A program made the translations under genes and the position numbers. From a virus: a DNA stretch of 64,000 nucleotides. Positions 8,824 to 18,486 of this stretch are shown here, in pieces; the stretch's first letter is position 1, and each line of letters starts with the position of its first letter. A model generated the notes under the pieces. It ran no database searches. It was given only the letters and a program-made list of their open reading frames with translations, and was not told the origin of the DNA. The DNA is taken from the IMG/VR virus record IMGVR_UViG_3300029258_001212, positions 32,001 to 96,000 of that record. The stretch is one strand, 5' to 3'.

Positions 8824-8976
8824 ATGGCTCGCATCAGTGGAATACTGTGCCGGATCTTCGGCCATTCGTGGTACACGGCCCGGGGGCAGAAGTTCCGATA
8901 TTGCCGGAGGTGTCGGCGCGTTCAGACAAGATCCCAAGCCAGCGATGAGTGGCAATGGATGAAGCAGTACCCATGA
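8824..8976 (+). CDS. small Cys/His protein, DUF1660-like (not in ORF track)
   Basis: Translated by hand: MARISGILCRIFGHSWYTARGQKFRYCRRCRRVQ...; LCxxFGHxW...CxRC pattern. Confidence 0.6.
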   Translation: MARISGILCRIFGHSWYTARGQKFRYCRRCRRVQTRSQASDEWQWMKQYP

Positions 8977-9083
8977 TGCCCGTAGCGCCTAACTTCGTGT
9001 CCGGGGCCAGCCTTGGCTTCGTGATCGGTTTCATGCTCGGGCTTCTGGTGGGATTCAATGCAGGCCAGGGGCCGCGAGGATGA
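8973..9083 (+). CDS. small single-TM peptide (not in ORF track)
   Basis: MMPVAPNFVSGASLGFVIGFMLGLLVGFNAGQGPRG; ATGA overlap; GxxxG repeats. Confidence 0.5.
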   Translation: MMPVAPNFVSGASLGFVIGFMLGLLVGFNAGQGPRG

Positions 9084-9091
9084 GGTAACAG

Positions 9092-10804
9092 ATGGCGAAC
9101 CTGGGCAATCGGATCGTCAACTACGTTCGGGGGATTTTCAGCCGCGACACCGAGGAGCGGATTGAGGCAGCCGGAGGGGTGAACGTCGGGGACTTCCCGA
9201 TGGATCCATTCGGAAACCTGCAAGTCCAGCACATCGGGCAGAACGTGGTCCAGGACGCCCTGATGGTGTCCAATGCTCTGATGGCGCGGATGATCGACTA
9301 CGAGCGCATGGATGAGTATCCGGACTGCAATGCCGCGTTGAACATCTACGCGGACGATGCAACGGTTCCAGATCCGAGCACAAACCATGTGATGTGGTCC
9401 GTGTGTCGGGACGAGCAGATCCGCGGGATGCTCGACACCATGCTACACAGGCGGCTCCACGTGGACGATGAAGCGTGGGAAGCGATCCGGATGCTGGTGA
9501 AGTACGGAAACGACTTCGAGGAGATCCTGGTCAACTCCCGCGGTGTCCAAGGACTCAACTTTCTTCCAGCGCCTACGTGCCGACGCCTCGAGGGGAAACA
9601 GGGCGAGCTCAAGGGCTTCGTGCAGAGCTTCAGGGGCAACTTCACGGTGAACCCAGGCCAGCTCCAGGGGATGCAGTTCCGCCAGGGCGTGGGGCGTGAG
9701 CCACGCAGCGGCGTGGCCCTCTTCGAGCCGTGGCGTGTGGTTCACATGCGGCTCCGGAGCAACCGGCGCCGGGCGATGTACGGGATCGGGATCCTCGAGG
9801 CGTGCAGGTGGGTCTGGAAGCGCCTCATTCTCCTCGAGGACGCGGCGCTGATCAGCCGGCTGGCTCGAGCTCCCAGTCGCTTCGCGTTCTACGTGGACGT
9901 GGGCAAGCTGTCCACCGAGAACGCGGAGAAGTACCTGGACGAGATGCGCCGGAAGCTCAAGAAAAAGAAGTTCGTGAACCCACGGACCGGCCAGCTCGAT
10001 CTACGATTCAACCCTCTGTCCACGGATGAGGATTTCTTCCTCCCGGTGCGCGACAGCCGGGAGGTGGTCCGAGCGGACGTGCTCAACACGCCCACCTGGA
10101 CGGGCGTGGAAGATGTGGCCTACTTCCGCGACAAGCTCCACGCCAGTCTGATGATCCCGAAGGCGTACCTGGGCTACGATGAGAATCTCCCGAGCCGCGC
10201 TACGCTCTCCCAGGAGGACGTGCGGTTCGCCCGGACGGTGCTCCGGGTCCAGCGCGAGTACAAGGCGGGGATGCGGAAGGTGGCCAAGGTACACCTCGCC
10301 AGTCAGGGGATCGATCCGGCCTATGTGGACTTCGATCTGGCCATGACGGTGCCGAGCTCCATCTTCGAGCTCGCACGCCTCGAGATCCAGAACACCCGAG
10401 CCACGTTCGCTGCCCAGATGGGTGAGCTCGTTTCGAAGCACTGGCTTCTCGCCAACGTGTTCAACTTCTCGGACGCTGAGATCGAAAAAGTGATGGTGCA
10501 GCGGCGCGAGGAGCTCACCGAGGAAATGAAGATCCAGCAAGGGCAATTCGAATCCAGGGCCCTCCCCGTCAGAAGCCCGAACCGAATGCTCACGGACAAC
10601 CGTTCCGCGCCAGCGCGCACGCGCGAGCTGTACGGCGTGGAGCGGGATCTGTTCGCAGGAAGCCGCGAAGCGGAGAAACGCCTCGAGGGACGACTGGACC
10701 AGATGCTCACCGAGAACAGGCGTTTCGGAATGCAGCTCGCGCAGATCCAATCCTTCCTGGGCGAGGTGCGCGGAGCCATTCGCACCTCCCAGATGCCTCG
10801 CTGA
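9092..10804 (+). CDS. portal protein, T4 gp20-like
   Basis: LILLEDAALISRLARAPSRFAFYVDVGKL, EDFFLPVR, EDVAYFRDKL, SQEDVRFARTVLRVQ. Confidence 0.93.
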   Translation: MANLGNRIVNYVRGIFSRDTEERIEAAGGVNVGDFPMDPFGNLQVQHIGQNVVQDALMVSNALMARMIDYERMDEYPDCNAALNIYADDATVPDPSTNHVMWSVCRDEQIRGMLDTMLHRRLHVDDEAWEAIRMLVKYGNDFEEILVNSRGVQGLNFLPAPTCRRLEGKQGELKGFVQSFRGNFTVNPGQLQGMQFRQGVGREPRSGVALFEPWRVVHMRLRSNRRRAMYGIGILEACRWVWKRLILLEDAALISRLARAPSRFAFYVDVGKLSTENAEKYLDEMRRKLKKKKFVNPRTGQLDLRFNPLSTDEDFFLPVRDSREVVRADVLNTPTWTGVEDVAYFRDKLHASLMIPKAYLGYDENLPSRATLSQEDVRFARTVLRVQREYKAGMRKVAKVHLASQGIDPAYVDFDLAMTVPSSIFELARLEIQNTRATFAAQMGELVSKHWLLANVFNFSDAEIEKVMVQRREELTEEMKIQQGQFESRALPVRSPNRMLTDNRSAPARTRELYGVERDLFAGSREAEKRLEGRLDQMLTENRRFGMQLAQIQSFLGEVRGAIRTSQMPR

Positions 10805-10893
10805 TTCGAATCAGATCCTACACAACACTTATATAAGTGTTCGACCCTCCTTGTTTTTTTCCCTTGACCCGTGTAGAACCGTGTATTGATAAT
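10801..10893 (+). promoter_or_regulatory. intergenic control region: palindromes and sigma70-like promoter of head operon
   Basis: Perfect palindromes CTGATTCGAATCAG (10801-10814) and AACACTTATATAAGTGTT (10824-10841); TTGACC-N18-GATAAT (10864-10893). Confidence 0.55.
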
Positions 10894-11014
10894 GACAAGG
10901 ATTCAGAGGCGATCCGATGCGAAAAGGTGATCTCTCCACAGAAGTGAGACTCTCCTGGTATTTCACCGGATCTCTCTGCCCTGAGCCCACCGTTACTGGG
11001 AGTGGACGGCCACG

Positions 11015-11947
11015 ATGAGCGGACTGATTCCGGCCAATGTGCTCGCAGGAGTGACCCGCGGATCTCTCGAGGATCACGTGGGTCGAGTGATCCAGGCGGT
11101 AGAGGACAGCCACGCAAGATTCGAATCCGAGACCGGGCAGGACCTGAACGTGATTGCGACGTTCAATGAGCATGTGGTGGTGGCCAACGGGGACGGCAAC
11201 GTCTACCGCGCCAGCTACCAGCCGGCCGGTGACGGGTTTTCCATCACGAAGGTGGAGCCAGTGGAGCTCCCGGTGATTCGCGGGCGCCAGGATGGCAGGC
11301 GCTTCGTGGAGCGCACTGCATCGGAGGCGGTGGAGGCTCTGGTGGCCGGGGACTTCTCATCGGCCCGTGATCAGATCCGCACCTTGATCGAAGCGGCTCC
11401 CATGGTGGCCCCGGCGGACCAGCTCCGCGAGCTCCGCGAGCACCTCTCCGGGATGTTCGATCCGGATCGCCCATGGCGCGCGTTCTACGCGGAGGACCAT
11501 GAGCGCATTCAGCGCCTGGTGTGGGGCACCACCGGCTCCGCCCTTTCCTACACCCCTCAACCCCGCTACCAGCCCCTGTACCGTGACGGTCTCCTCGAGG
11601 ACGCCAGCGAGTACGCTTCCGCCGTGGAGGCGGACGTGGGCGTGATGGCCGAGCGCCTGGAGAAGCTCTGGGAGCAGACCACCGAGGCGTGGGGCGAGTA
11701 CCAATCGACTGGTGCCTTCAAGGCTTCGGGCATCGCCCGGCCGGCCGAGCATTTCGAGACCATCGCTTCCGATTACCTGGTGGAGCTCAAAGCTCTCTGC
11801 CACCTGATGAGCGAGGCGGCCAAGGACAACGATCCGGATACTGTGGCGGCGCGCGGCTGGCTGTTTGACCAGGTGGCGCGGCAGTATCCCCAGGTGGAAG
11901 TGACGGCCCGGCTAGTGCGTCGGGTGGCCACTGAATTTGTGAGCTAA
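11015..11947 (+). CDS. head morphogenesis-associated hypothetical protein
   Basis: Lies between portal and core/protease genes; helical and acidic. Confidence 0.7.
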   Translation: MSGLIPANVLAGVTRGSLEDHVGRVIQAVEDSHARFESETGQDLNVIATFNEHVVVANGDGNVYRASYQPAGDGFSITKVEPVELPVIRGRQDGRRFVERTASEAVEALVAGDFSSARDQIRTLIEAAPMVAPADQLRELREHLSGMFDPDRPWRAFYAEDHERIQRLVWGTTGSALSYTPQPRYQPLYRDGLLEDASEYASAVEADVGVMAERLEKLWEQTTEAWGEYQSTGAFKASGIARPAEHFETIASDYLVELKALCHLMSEAAKDNDPDTVAARGWLFDQVARQYPQVEVTARLVRRVATEFVS

Positions 11948-11992
11948 AACGACGCCCCGGCTGGGGCTCAACGAATATCACGGAGGAGCACG

Positions 11993-13066
11993 ATGCAAAA
12001 CCGACCGATCCACACCCTGGCCGAGGACTTCCAGTACCTGGGTCTTCCGGTGGACGAGACGGACCACCTGGACGAGATGGACGCCCCGCCCGCGCCCGAC
12101 AAGAAGCAGGCGGCCATGCAGAAGAAGATGAACGTGGCCAAGACGAAGATGGCGGCGCTTCAGAAGAAAGCCCTCAAGGCCGGTGTGCCGGCGGAGGACG
12201 TGGAGCTGGCCATGCTGTCCGTCACCGAGGACGAGCTGGACGAGCTCCCCGAGGACATGGAGACGCTGGACGAGTTCAAGATCGTCAAGTTCTTCAAGAA
12301 CCTCCTCAAGAAAGGCAAGAAGAAGCCGTCCCGCGCCGAGCGGCTCAAGAAGGCCAAAAAGGCGAAGCAGTACCGCAAGGGCCGGGGCCGGTCCCAAGCC
12401 AAGCGGTATCGCAAGAGCTCCCGCTTCAAGAAGCTCAAGAAGCTCTACGCCAAGGCCAAGAAGATGGGCAAAAAGGCCGTGAAGGGCGCCCGGCGCAGCT
12501 TCGCGTCCATGCTCGGCTCGAGCACCGAGTACCCAGGTGGCCAGGAGCTGTCCGAGCTCGGGTCCATCATCAACGCCCTCGAGCACACCGAGGACAGCTC
12601 CCAGTACGCGGCCGGCTACGCCAACATCGCCAAGGCGGCAACGGCCACGGCCGGCGGTCTCCGCGAGCTGGACGAGAGCTACGTGGACATTCACTTCCCG
12701 CTGGACGAGGCGGCCGACTACTGCGAGCTCATCGCCGCGGAGGCCCGGGAGTTCCTGGGCGCCCTCGAGGAGCGCGACGGCACCATCAGCGTGGAGGACC
12801 AGCGGCTCCTGGACGAGCACCTCGCTGAGCTCCACGCGGAAGCCCTCGCCATGGCCAACTACGCCGACGACACCAACATCCTGGTGGCGCTGGACGAGGG
12901 GCGGATGCCCTTCGAGCAGGAGGTGGTGGAGAGCGAGGGTCTGTTCGGCGCGGAGCTGGACGAGGACGAGGACCTGTTCTTCGAGGACGAGGACGAGGAC
13001 GAGGAAGATCCCTTCGAGGGGATCCGCGGCGAAGTCGCCCTCATGTTCGGTATCCGTCACCGCTAG
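11993..13066 (+). CDS. prohead core / scaffold-like protein
   Basis: Very basic block (T4 gp68-like character) flanked by acidic regions with many LxE sites; directly precedes the protease. Confidence 0.65.
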   Translation: MQNRPIHTLAEDFQYLGLPVDETDHLDEMDAPPAPDKKQAAMQKKMNVAKTKMAALQKKALKAGVPAEDVELAMLSVTEDELDELPEDMETLDEFKIVKFFKNLLKKGKKKPSRAERLKKAKKAKQYRKGRGRSQAKRYRKSSRFKKLKKLYAKAKKMGKKAVKGARRSFASMLGSSTEYPGGQELSELGSIINALEHTEDSSQYAAGYANIAKAATATAGGLRELDESYVDIHFPLDEAADYCELIAAEAREFLGALEERDGTISVEDQRLLDEHLAELHAEALAMANYADDTNILVALDEGRMPFEQEVVESEGLFGAELDEDEDLFFEDEDEDEEDPFEGIRGEVALMFGIRHR

Positions 13067-13075
13067 GAGGCCACC

Positions 13076-14644
13076 GTGGACCAGGTACTCACAGACTGCC
13101 AGCTATTCCGATTCGAGCTGGTGGAGGACCGGGAGGGCTCCGGGGGCATGGTAGCCCGCGGGCCCTTTGCCCGGGCAGGAGTGCCGACGGCCAACGGCCG
13201 GGTGTACTCCGGCAAGCTCTGGGAGCGAGAGCTGTCCCGGCTCCAGGACAAGATCAAGACGAGCAGCTTGTTCGGACTCCTGGACCACCCACAGGACGGC
13301 AAGACCACGCTCAAGGAAGCGTCTCACCTGATCACCAAGCTGACCTTCGATGGCACCAACGTCATCGGGGAGATGCGAGTGCTCGACACCCCCAACGGGC
13401 GCATCCTGAAGTCCATCATCGAAAGCGGAGGCGTTGTGGGCGTCTCCAGCCGTGGCGTGGGGACCACCCGCAAGAACCAACAGGGCATGAGCGAGGTTCA
13501 AGACGACTATCGGCTCCTGTCCTTTGACGCCGTGGCGGACCCGGCGAACGCTACGTCTTGGCCGAAGTTCACCACCGAGGCCGACGATCCGGAGGAGAAC
13601 ATGCCCCTCACCCTCGAGCAACTGAAGGAAACGCACCCCGAGCTGGTGCAGATGATCCAGGCGGAGGCCGTGGCAGACGTGGAGCCGGCCCCGGCGGCGC
13701 CCGACACCGAGGACATGCGCGAGAAGCTCTTGTCCATGGTGCAGGAGCAGCGCGCGGAGGTGGAGAGCCAGGTGCGGAGCGAGCTCCTGAGCGACCCGTC
13801 CGTGGGCGGCTCGCGGCTCGCCCTCGAGGGGGTGATCAAGCTCCTCCGGCCCCTGATGCTCACCGAGGATCAGCACGCCGTCCTGGAGAACAAGGAAGAG
13901 GAGCTGGCGGACACCCGGGCCAAGCTCGAGGAGGCACAGGAGCAGATCTCCCAGCTCGAGGCGGCCGTGGAGGAGCTGGTGGGCATCACCGAGGAGCTCT
14001 CCTGTCGCTACTACGCCGAGCGCGCCCTGGGTACACTCGAGGAGGTGGACACGAAGGAGCACATCCTCGGGATGCTCGGGGACCTGTCCCGCTTCGGATC
14101 CATCGAAGAGTTCAAGGAGGCCCTCGCTTCCACCGTGGAGTCGGTGCTCACCGAGACCACGCGCCAGGAGGAGGAGAACGCAGAGCTCGCGGCCATGAAG
14201 GCCGAGAACGAGAAGCTCCGCAAGGCCCTGGGCAAGTCTGTGGAGCTCGGCAAGGCCCTGGGCACCAAGGCGTACCTCGAGCAGCGCCTGAACGCTCATC
14301 CCCAGGCCAGCGCCATCCGCGAGCAAGCGGAGAACGTGCGTCTGGAGGGCAAGCGTGCCGTGGATCGCCTGATCGAATCCTTCGAGGCGGCCAACCCCTT
14401 GTCGGACGAGTTCGATCAGATCTCGTCCGAGTTCGGCGGCGGCCTGTCCCACCTCACCGAGGGGGACGAGGATCCGCAGGACTTCACCGAGGGGTTCACG
14501 GGCGCCATGCACATGCCGGAGGGTGGCGGCGGCCAGGTGCCCCTCACCGAGGACGGCTACGATCTGTTCGGTGTGGGCCAGAAAGAGCTCCGGAAGCTCT
14601 GCGGCCTGTCCGAGGGACGCGACGACGACAAGGGGCCCTACTAG
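13076..14644 (+). CDS. prohead protease (T4 gp21-like) fused to coiled-coil scaffold
   Basis: ANGRVY, GLLDHP, ASHLI, LDTPNGRIL, GVSSRGVG, FDAVADPA; long acidic coiled-coil C-terminus. Confidence 0.92.
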   Translation: MDQVLTDCQLFRFELVEDREGSGGMVARGPFARAGVPTANGRVYSGKLWERELSRLQDKIKTSSLFGLLDHPQDGKTTLKEASHLITKLTFDGTNVIGEMRVLDTPNGRILKSIIESGGVVGVSSRGVGTTRKNQQGMSEVQDDYRLLSFDAVADPANATSWPKFTTEADDPEENMPLTLEQLKETHPELVQMIQAEAVADVEPAPAAPDTEDMREKLLSMVQEQRAEVESQVRSELLSDPSVGGSRLALEGVIKLLRPLMLTEDQHAVLENKEEELADTRAKLEEAQEQISQLEAAVEELVGITEELSCRYYAERALGTLEEVDTKEHILGMLGDLSRFGSIEEFKEALASTVESVLTETTRQEEENAELAAMKAENEKLRKALGKSVELGKALGTKAYLEQRLNAHPQASAIREQAENVRLEGKRAVDRLIESFEAANPLSDEFDQISSEFGGGLSHLTEGDEDPQDFTEGFTGAMHMPEGGGGQVPLTEDGYDLFGVGQKELRKLCGLSEGRDDDKGPY

Positions 14645-14705
14645 GGGATCTCTTCCAGGAAAACCAACGCGCAATGAGCGCGTGAACCGGATTTAGGAGG
14701 CAGAA

Positions 14706-16205
14706 ATGCAGGCAAGAGACATGGTGAAGGCCCCGGGCGGCTTCGGAGGCCAGGACCGGGTGGACGAGATCCTCAAGCAGAAGTGGGCGTGGCTCCTCGA
14801 CGGAATCGAGGAGGACTGGGATCGGCGCAACCTGGCGCGCCTCTTCGAGAACCAGATGAACCACCTCCGCGACGAGGTGCGGAAGTCCGGGATCATCAGC
14901 GAAGCCACCACCAAGGCGGCCGTGCCGGACTACGTGAAGTTCATCTTCCCGCTGGTCCGCCGCGTCTGGGCGAGCCTGTTCGCCAACGGCCTGGTGAGCG
15001 TCCAGCCGATGAGCGCCCCCATCGGCGGGATCTTCTTCTTCGAGTACAAGTACGGCACCACCAAGGGATCGGTCACCGCGGGTCAGAACATGATCCAGAA
15101 CTTCGACCGGTTCTACAGCTCGGAGCGCGTGTACCACGAGCTGGTGGACACCGGAGACGGTGCCACGGCCAACTACACCGGGACCCTGGACTGGTTCCCG
15201 GTGGTGCCGAAGGACAACTTCGGCCGCGCGGGCCTCGAGTTCACCACGGTGGACGTGTCCGACAACGTGCTCCGGATCTACGATGCGGACGGATCCGGCA
15301 CCCTGGCCGGTGACACGGGCGGCGCGTCCACGGTCACCTACGCCAGCGGCGACTTCAACATCACGTTCTCCGCGAACGTGAAGAACCTCACCCCCATCTA
15401 CGCCAACTACTGGTTCAGCATGGAGGCGGCCAGTGCCAACGTGCCGGAGGTGAACGTCGAGATCTCCCTCGAGCCCGTCCAGGCGTGGAGCCGCAAGCTC
15501 AAGGCGCTGTGGAGCTCGGAGGCGGCCGACGACATGCGCGCCATGCTCGGGCTCGACATCGAATCCGAGCTGGTGGGCGGCCTGGCCAGCGAGATCGGGC
15601 TGGAGATCGACCGCGAGATCATCCAGGACCTGTACGTGGCGGCGGACGCCGGCACCAACAAGGACACCTTCGACGCGACGGTGCCCCCCGGCCGGAGCCC
15701 GGTGGAGCACTACTCCGGGATCCTCACCAAGCTGGACAAGATCGCCACGGAGATCCACACCCGCACCAAGCGCGGTCCGGGCAACTTCATCGTGTGCGCG
15801 CCCGACGTGTCCACGGTGATCTCGGCCCTGAGCCGCCACGGCGACTTCAAGGGCGTGTTCTCCCAGACCGATCCCGTCCAGGGCATCGGCACCGGCGGGC
15901 GCCCCGGCTTCCCGCTCCCGAACGCCCCGCAGGGCTACGGGATCTTCGAGGCCGGCACGCTCCAGAACCGCTGGCGCGTGATCGTGGATCCGTACTTCGA
16001 GTCGGGCAAGGCCGTGGTCGGGCTCAAGGGGAGCACCTTCCTCGACAGCGGCTACGCCTACGCCCCCTACGTGGGGCTCCAGATCACCAGCACCTGGCTG
16101 GATCCGGGCAACTTCCAGGCCCGCAAGGGCCTCCGGACCCGGTACGCCACGAAGCTGATGAACAGCAACTTCTACGGCGCCCTCGAGGTGAACAACACCC
16201 CGTAG
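14706..16205 (+). CDS. major capsid protein, T4 gp23-like
   Basis: FPLVRRV, VSVQPMSAP, SRKLKALWSSEAADD, EIGLEIDREII, YAYAPYV, KGLRTRYA; propeptide ends IISE|A. Confidence 0.95.
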   Translation: MQARDMVKAPGGFGGQDRVDEILKQKWAWLLDGIEEDWDRRNLARLFENQMNHLRDEVRKSGIISEATTKAAVPDYVKFIFPLVRRVWASLFANGLVSVQPMSAPIGGIFFFEYKYGTTKGSVTAGQNMIQNFDRFYSSERVYHELVDTGDGATANYTGTLDWFPVVPKDNFGRAGLEFTTVDVSDNVLRIYDADGSGTLAGDTGGASTVTYASGDFNITFSANVKNLTPIYANYWFSMEAASANVPEVNVEISLEPVQAWSRKLKALWSSEAADDMRAMLGLDIESELVGGLASEIGLEIDREIIQDLYVAADAGTNKDTFDATVPPGRSPVEHYSGILTKLDKIATEIHTRTKRGPGNFIVCAPDVSTVISALSRHGDFKGVFSQTDPVQGIGTGGRPGFPLPNAPQGYGIFEAGTLQNRWRVIVDPYFESGKAVVGLKGSTFLDSGYAYAPYVGLQITSTWLDPGNFQARKGLRTRYATKLMNSNFYGALEVNNTP

Positions 16206-16221
16206 CGTGAGATCGTGTCAA

Positions 16222-16272
16222 GGATCCCAACGGGGGTGACCACCTCCCGCGGCAGTCACCCCCGTTGGATCC
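16222..16272 (+). terminator. strong hairpin after the capsid gene (terminator or mRNA stabiliser)
   Basis: 14-bp stem CCAACGGGGGTGAC/GTCACCCCCGTTGG, extendable by GGATC; no clear U-tract. Confidence 0.55.
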
Positions 16273-16311
16273 GACTTCAGGTTTCAGGCTACTGCGGAGG
16301 AGGATTCCAAG

Positions 16312-16872
16312 ATGAAAATCACCTGTGTGAATCGCAGTGCAGACCCCGTTCCGATGCCCGGAGCGGTGAGCTGTGCAGCGGGCACCACGAAGGCCCTCAC
16401 CGGTCGCACGGTGGACGAGGCGGCCCAGATGCAGGAGCTGTACGCCAGCTCCACCGTCCAGATCGTCTGCGAGCTCGAGGACGACGACTATCCGCCCATC
16501 GTCTGCGTGGCCAAAGCCCCGGCGGACCCGGCGGCGGACGCCACGGACCTGGCGGCCGTGGGGTTCGACCTTCAGGACCTGTACGGCAACGCCTACAGCA
16601 GCGACATGGCCATGTACTTCGGCGTGTTCGATGATGAGGACTGCCTCATCCCGTCCGAGGATGCCACGCTGGACACGGCGGCCACCGGCACCATCGACGC
16701 GGGCGCCGGGACGAATCTCCTGACGGTGACCCCCGACGCTGGCGTGCTTTCCGTGACGGTGAGCATCCCGGCGGCGGCCGATCAGGTGGTGTACCTGAAG
16801 GCGTGGGTTGTCGGCGGTCGCCGCATGGTGGACACGTCGGACCAGCACGCCGCGACGTTCAGCGTTTCCTAG
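16312..16872 (+). CDS. putative head decoration/structural protein
   Basis: SD GGAGGAGG; beta-rich, acidic, directly after the capsid gene. Confidence 0.65.
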   Translation: MKITCVNRSADPVPMPGAVSCAAGTTKALTGRTVDEAAQMQELYASSTVQIVCELEDDDYPPIVCVAKAPADPAADATDLAAVGFDLQDLYGNAYSSDMAMYFGVFDDEDCLIPSEDATLDTAATGTIDAGAGTNLLTVTPDAGVLSVTVSIPAAADQVVYLKAWVVGGRRMVDTSDQHAATFSVS

Positions 16873-16946
16873 CATCTGGCGGAACACGCCGGTGCCCGGC
16901 CTACCTCAGATTGGACATTCGATGAGAACGTAGGGAGGAGTATGCC

Positions 16947-17585
16947 ATGGCCACCCGAGCCAACGCACGGAAGTACAAACGCAACCCCGAGTACCCCGCG
17001 GAGCGGTTTAAGCTCAACGGGGTGCTGTTCACCGATGAGACCGTGGTGGAGGGAGACCACTGGGAGAAGTACACCACCCAGCTTTTCCCCAACATCCCCC
17101 CGCAGCTCGTCTACGCGCCCTCGGGTGACCAGGTGACCACCGGGGGCACGGCCCGGGCCGAGCGCCCCCAGCGCGACGTGGAGCCCCCCAAAGGCACCAC
17201 CACGGCAGCCTTCAAGCGCAGCGAGGAGGAGCCGGCGGCCGGGGACGGCAAGAAGACCCTGGTAGAGACCGGCTCCAAACCCAAGCCGGCTTCGAAGCAG
17301 GCCATCGTTCCCCCGGAACCGGAACCGGAACCGGAGCCCGAGCCCGAGCCCGAAGAGGAGCTCGAGGACGATGTGGAGCCGGAGGACCTGACGGTGATCA
17401 ATGGCGTGGGCGACAGCCGGGCCGAGTCCCTGGCGGAGGCAGGCTTCCCCACGGTGCAATCCGTGGCCAACGCGGACCCGGCGGTGCTCCTCCATGGTGT
17501 GCGTGAGACCGGGGCTCGCATGAACCTCGCCACGGCTCGCACCATCGTGCGCCAGGCCAAGGTGGCGGCCGGTCGGAAGGAATAA
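16947..17585 (+). CDS. helix-hairpin-helix domain protein with PE linker
   Basis: DLTVINGVGDSRAESLAEAGFPTVQSVANA; (PE)n repeat. Confidence 0.75.
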   Translation: MATRANARKYKRNPEYPAERFKLNGVLFTDETVVEGDHWEKYTTQLFPNIPPQLVYAPSGDQVTTGGTARAERPQRDVEPPKGTTTAAFKRSEEEPAAGDGKKTLVETGSKPKPASKQAIVPPEPEPEPEPEPEPEEELEDDVEPEDLTVINGVGDSRAESLAEAGFPTVQSVANADPAVLLHGVRETGARMNLATARTIVRQAKVAAGRKE

Positions 17586-17604
17586 AGCAAGAGGGGCAGC
17601 GAAT

Positions 17605-17672
17605 ACCCTCTTGATTCTTATCTCTGAAGGATAGAGATAAGGTTAATTAAGAAGAAGCAACACCCGTGCCAA
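17605..17672 (-). promoter_or_regulatory. dispersed repeat copy 2 (sigma54 box, reverse orientation)
   Basis: Reverse complement TTGGCACGGGTGTTGCTTCTTCTTAATTAACCTTATCTCT...AGAGATAAG. Confidence 0.8.
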
Positions 17673-17685
17673 AGTGGAGGCACCC

Positions 17686-18486
17686 ATGATCTGGCCGACT
17701 CGCCCCCGACTTTGGGGCACCTACCTGGACGAGGTTGCGGTCCACAGTGACCCGGCCAAGCGGTTCCCTCCGCCCAGGGACCTGAACAACATCATCCAGG
17801 CCCATGCCTTCAAGACCTACGGCCAGGACAACAACACCAAGCGGGTGGCGATCAAGGGCTTCCAACGGCTCCTCAAGGGGCTCCGCTACAAGTACCGGAA
17901 CGATCCCACCATGGACCTGCACAGCGAGGAGTTTTTCACTCGTCTGGCGCGGGCCTCGAGGCGCTGGTGGGAGTCCAAGGGCCAGGCGGAGTACGAGAAG
18001 CTCATGGGCTTCCGGAAGCGCAAGCGGCGCAACATCAGGGCCGGGCGCGCACGCAAGCGCGCGGAGCTCATGGCCAAGGCCGAAAAGGAAGCGGCAGCGG
18101 CGGCGGCGAACGAATGGAGAGATCCGCTGTTCGGTGTTGTCCAGGACGTGATCACCGGCAACACCTGGGAGGGCGAGTACGCTCGCACCGTGCTGGGCGA
18201 GAAGCGCAAGGCGCCGAAGGTCCGCGGCAAGGTGAAGCGCGGCTCCACGGTGGAAGTGGTGGCTGCCAGGGGCCAGGACAAGCCGTTCCACGGAATGCGT
18301 GGTGAGGTGGTAGGCACCCGCCCCCATTTCGTCACCGTCAACTTCCCGGCCCTCGGTGAGATCGATGTGTTCACCGACAGTGTGCGCCTGGTGGAGCACA
18401 CCGAGCTCGAGGGGTGGCCGGCATGGGTGGTACAGGAAGATCTCGACGCTGTGGAGCTCGAGGGGGACCTGGATACGGGGTACTAG
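17686..18486 (+). CDS. basic protein with C-terminal KOW/SH3-like domain
   Basis: VKRGSTVEVVAARGQDKPFHGMRGEVV; SD GGAGG. Confidence 0.65.
   Translation: MIWPTRPRLWGTYLDEVAVHSDPAKRFPPPRDLNNIIQAHAFKTYGQDNNTKRVAIKGFQRLLKGLRYKYRNDPTMDLHSEEFFTRLARASRRWWESKGQAEYEKLMGFRKRKRRNIRAGRARKRAELMAKAEKEAAAAAANEWRDPLFGVVQDVITGNTWEGEYARTVLGEKRKAPKVRGKVKRGSTVEVVAARGQDKPFHGMRGEVVGTRPHFVTVNFPALGEIDVFTDSVRLVEHTELEGWPAWVVQEDLDAVELEGDLDTGY

Noticed and set aside
17313-17355. CCGGAA/CCCGAG tandem repeats (also ~28830-28870)
   Set aside because: Simply encode Pro-Glu linkers in frame
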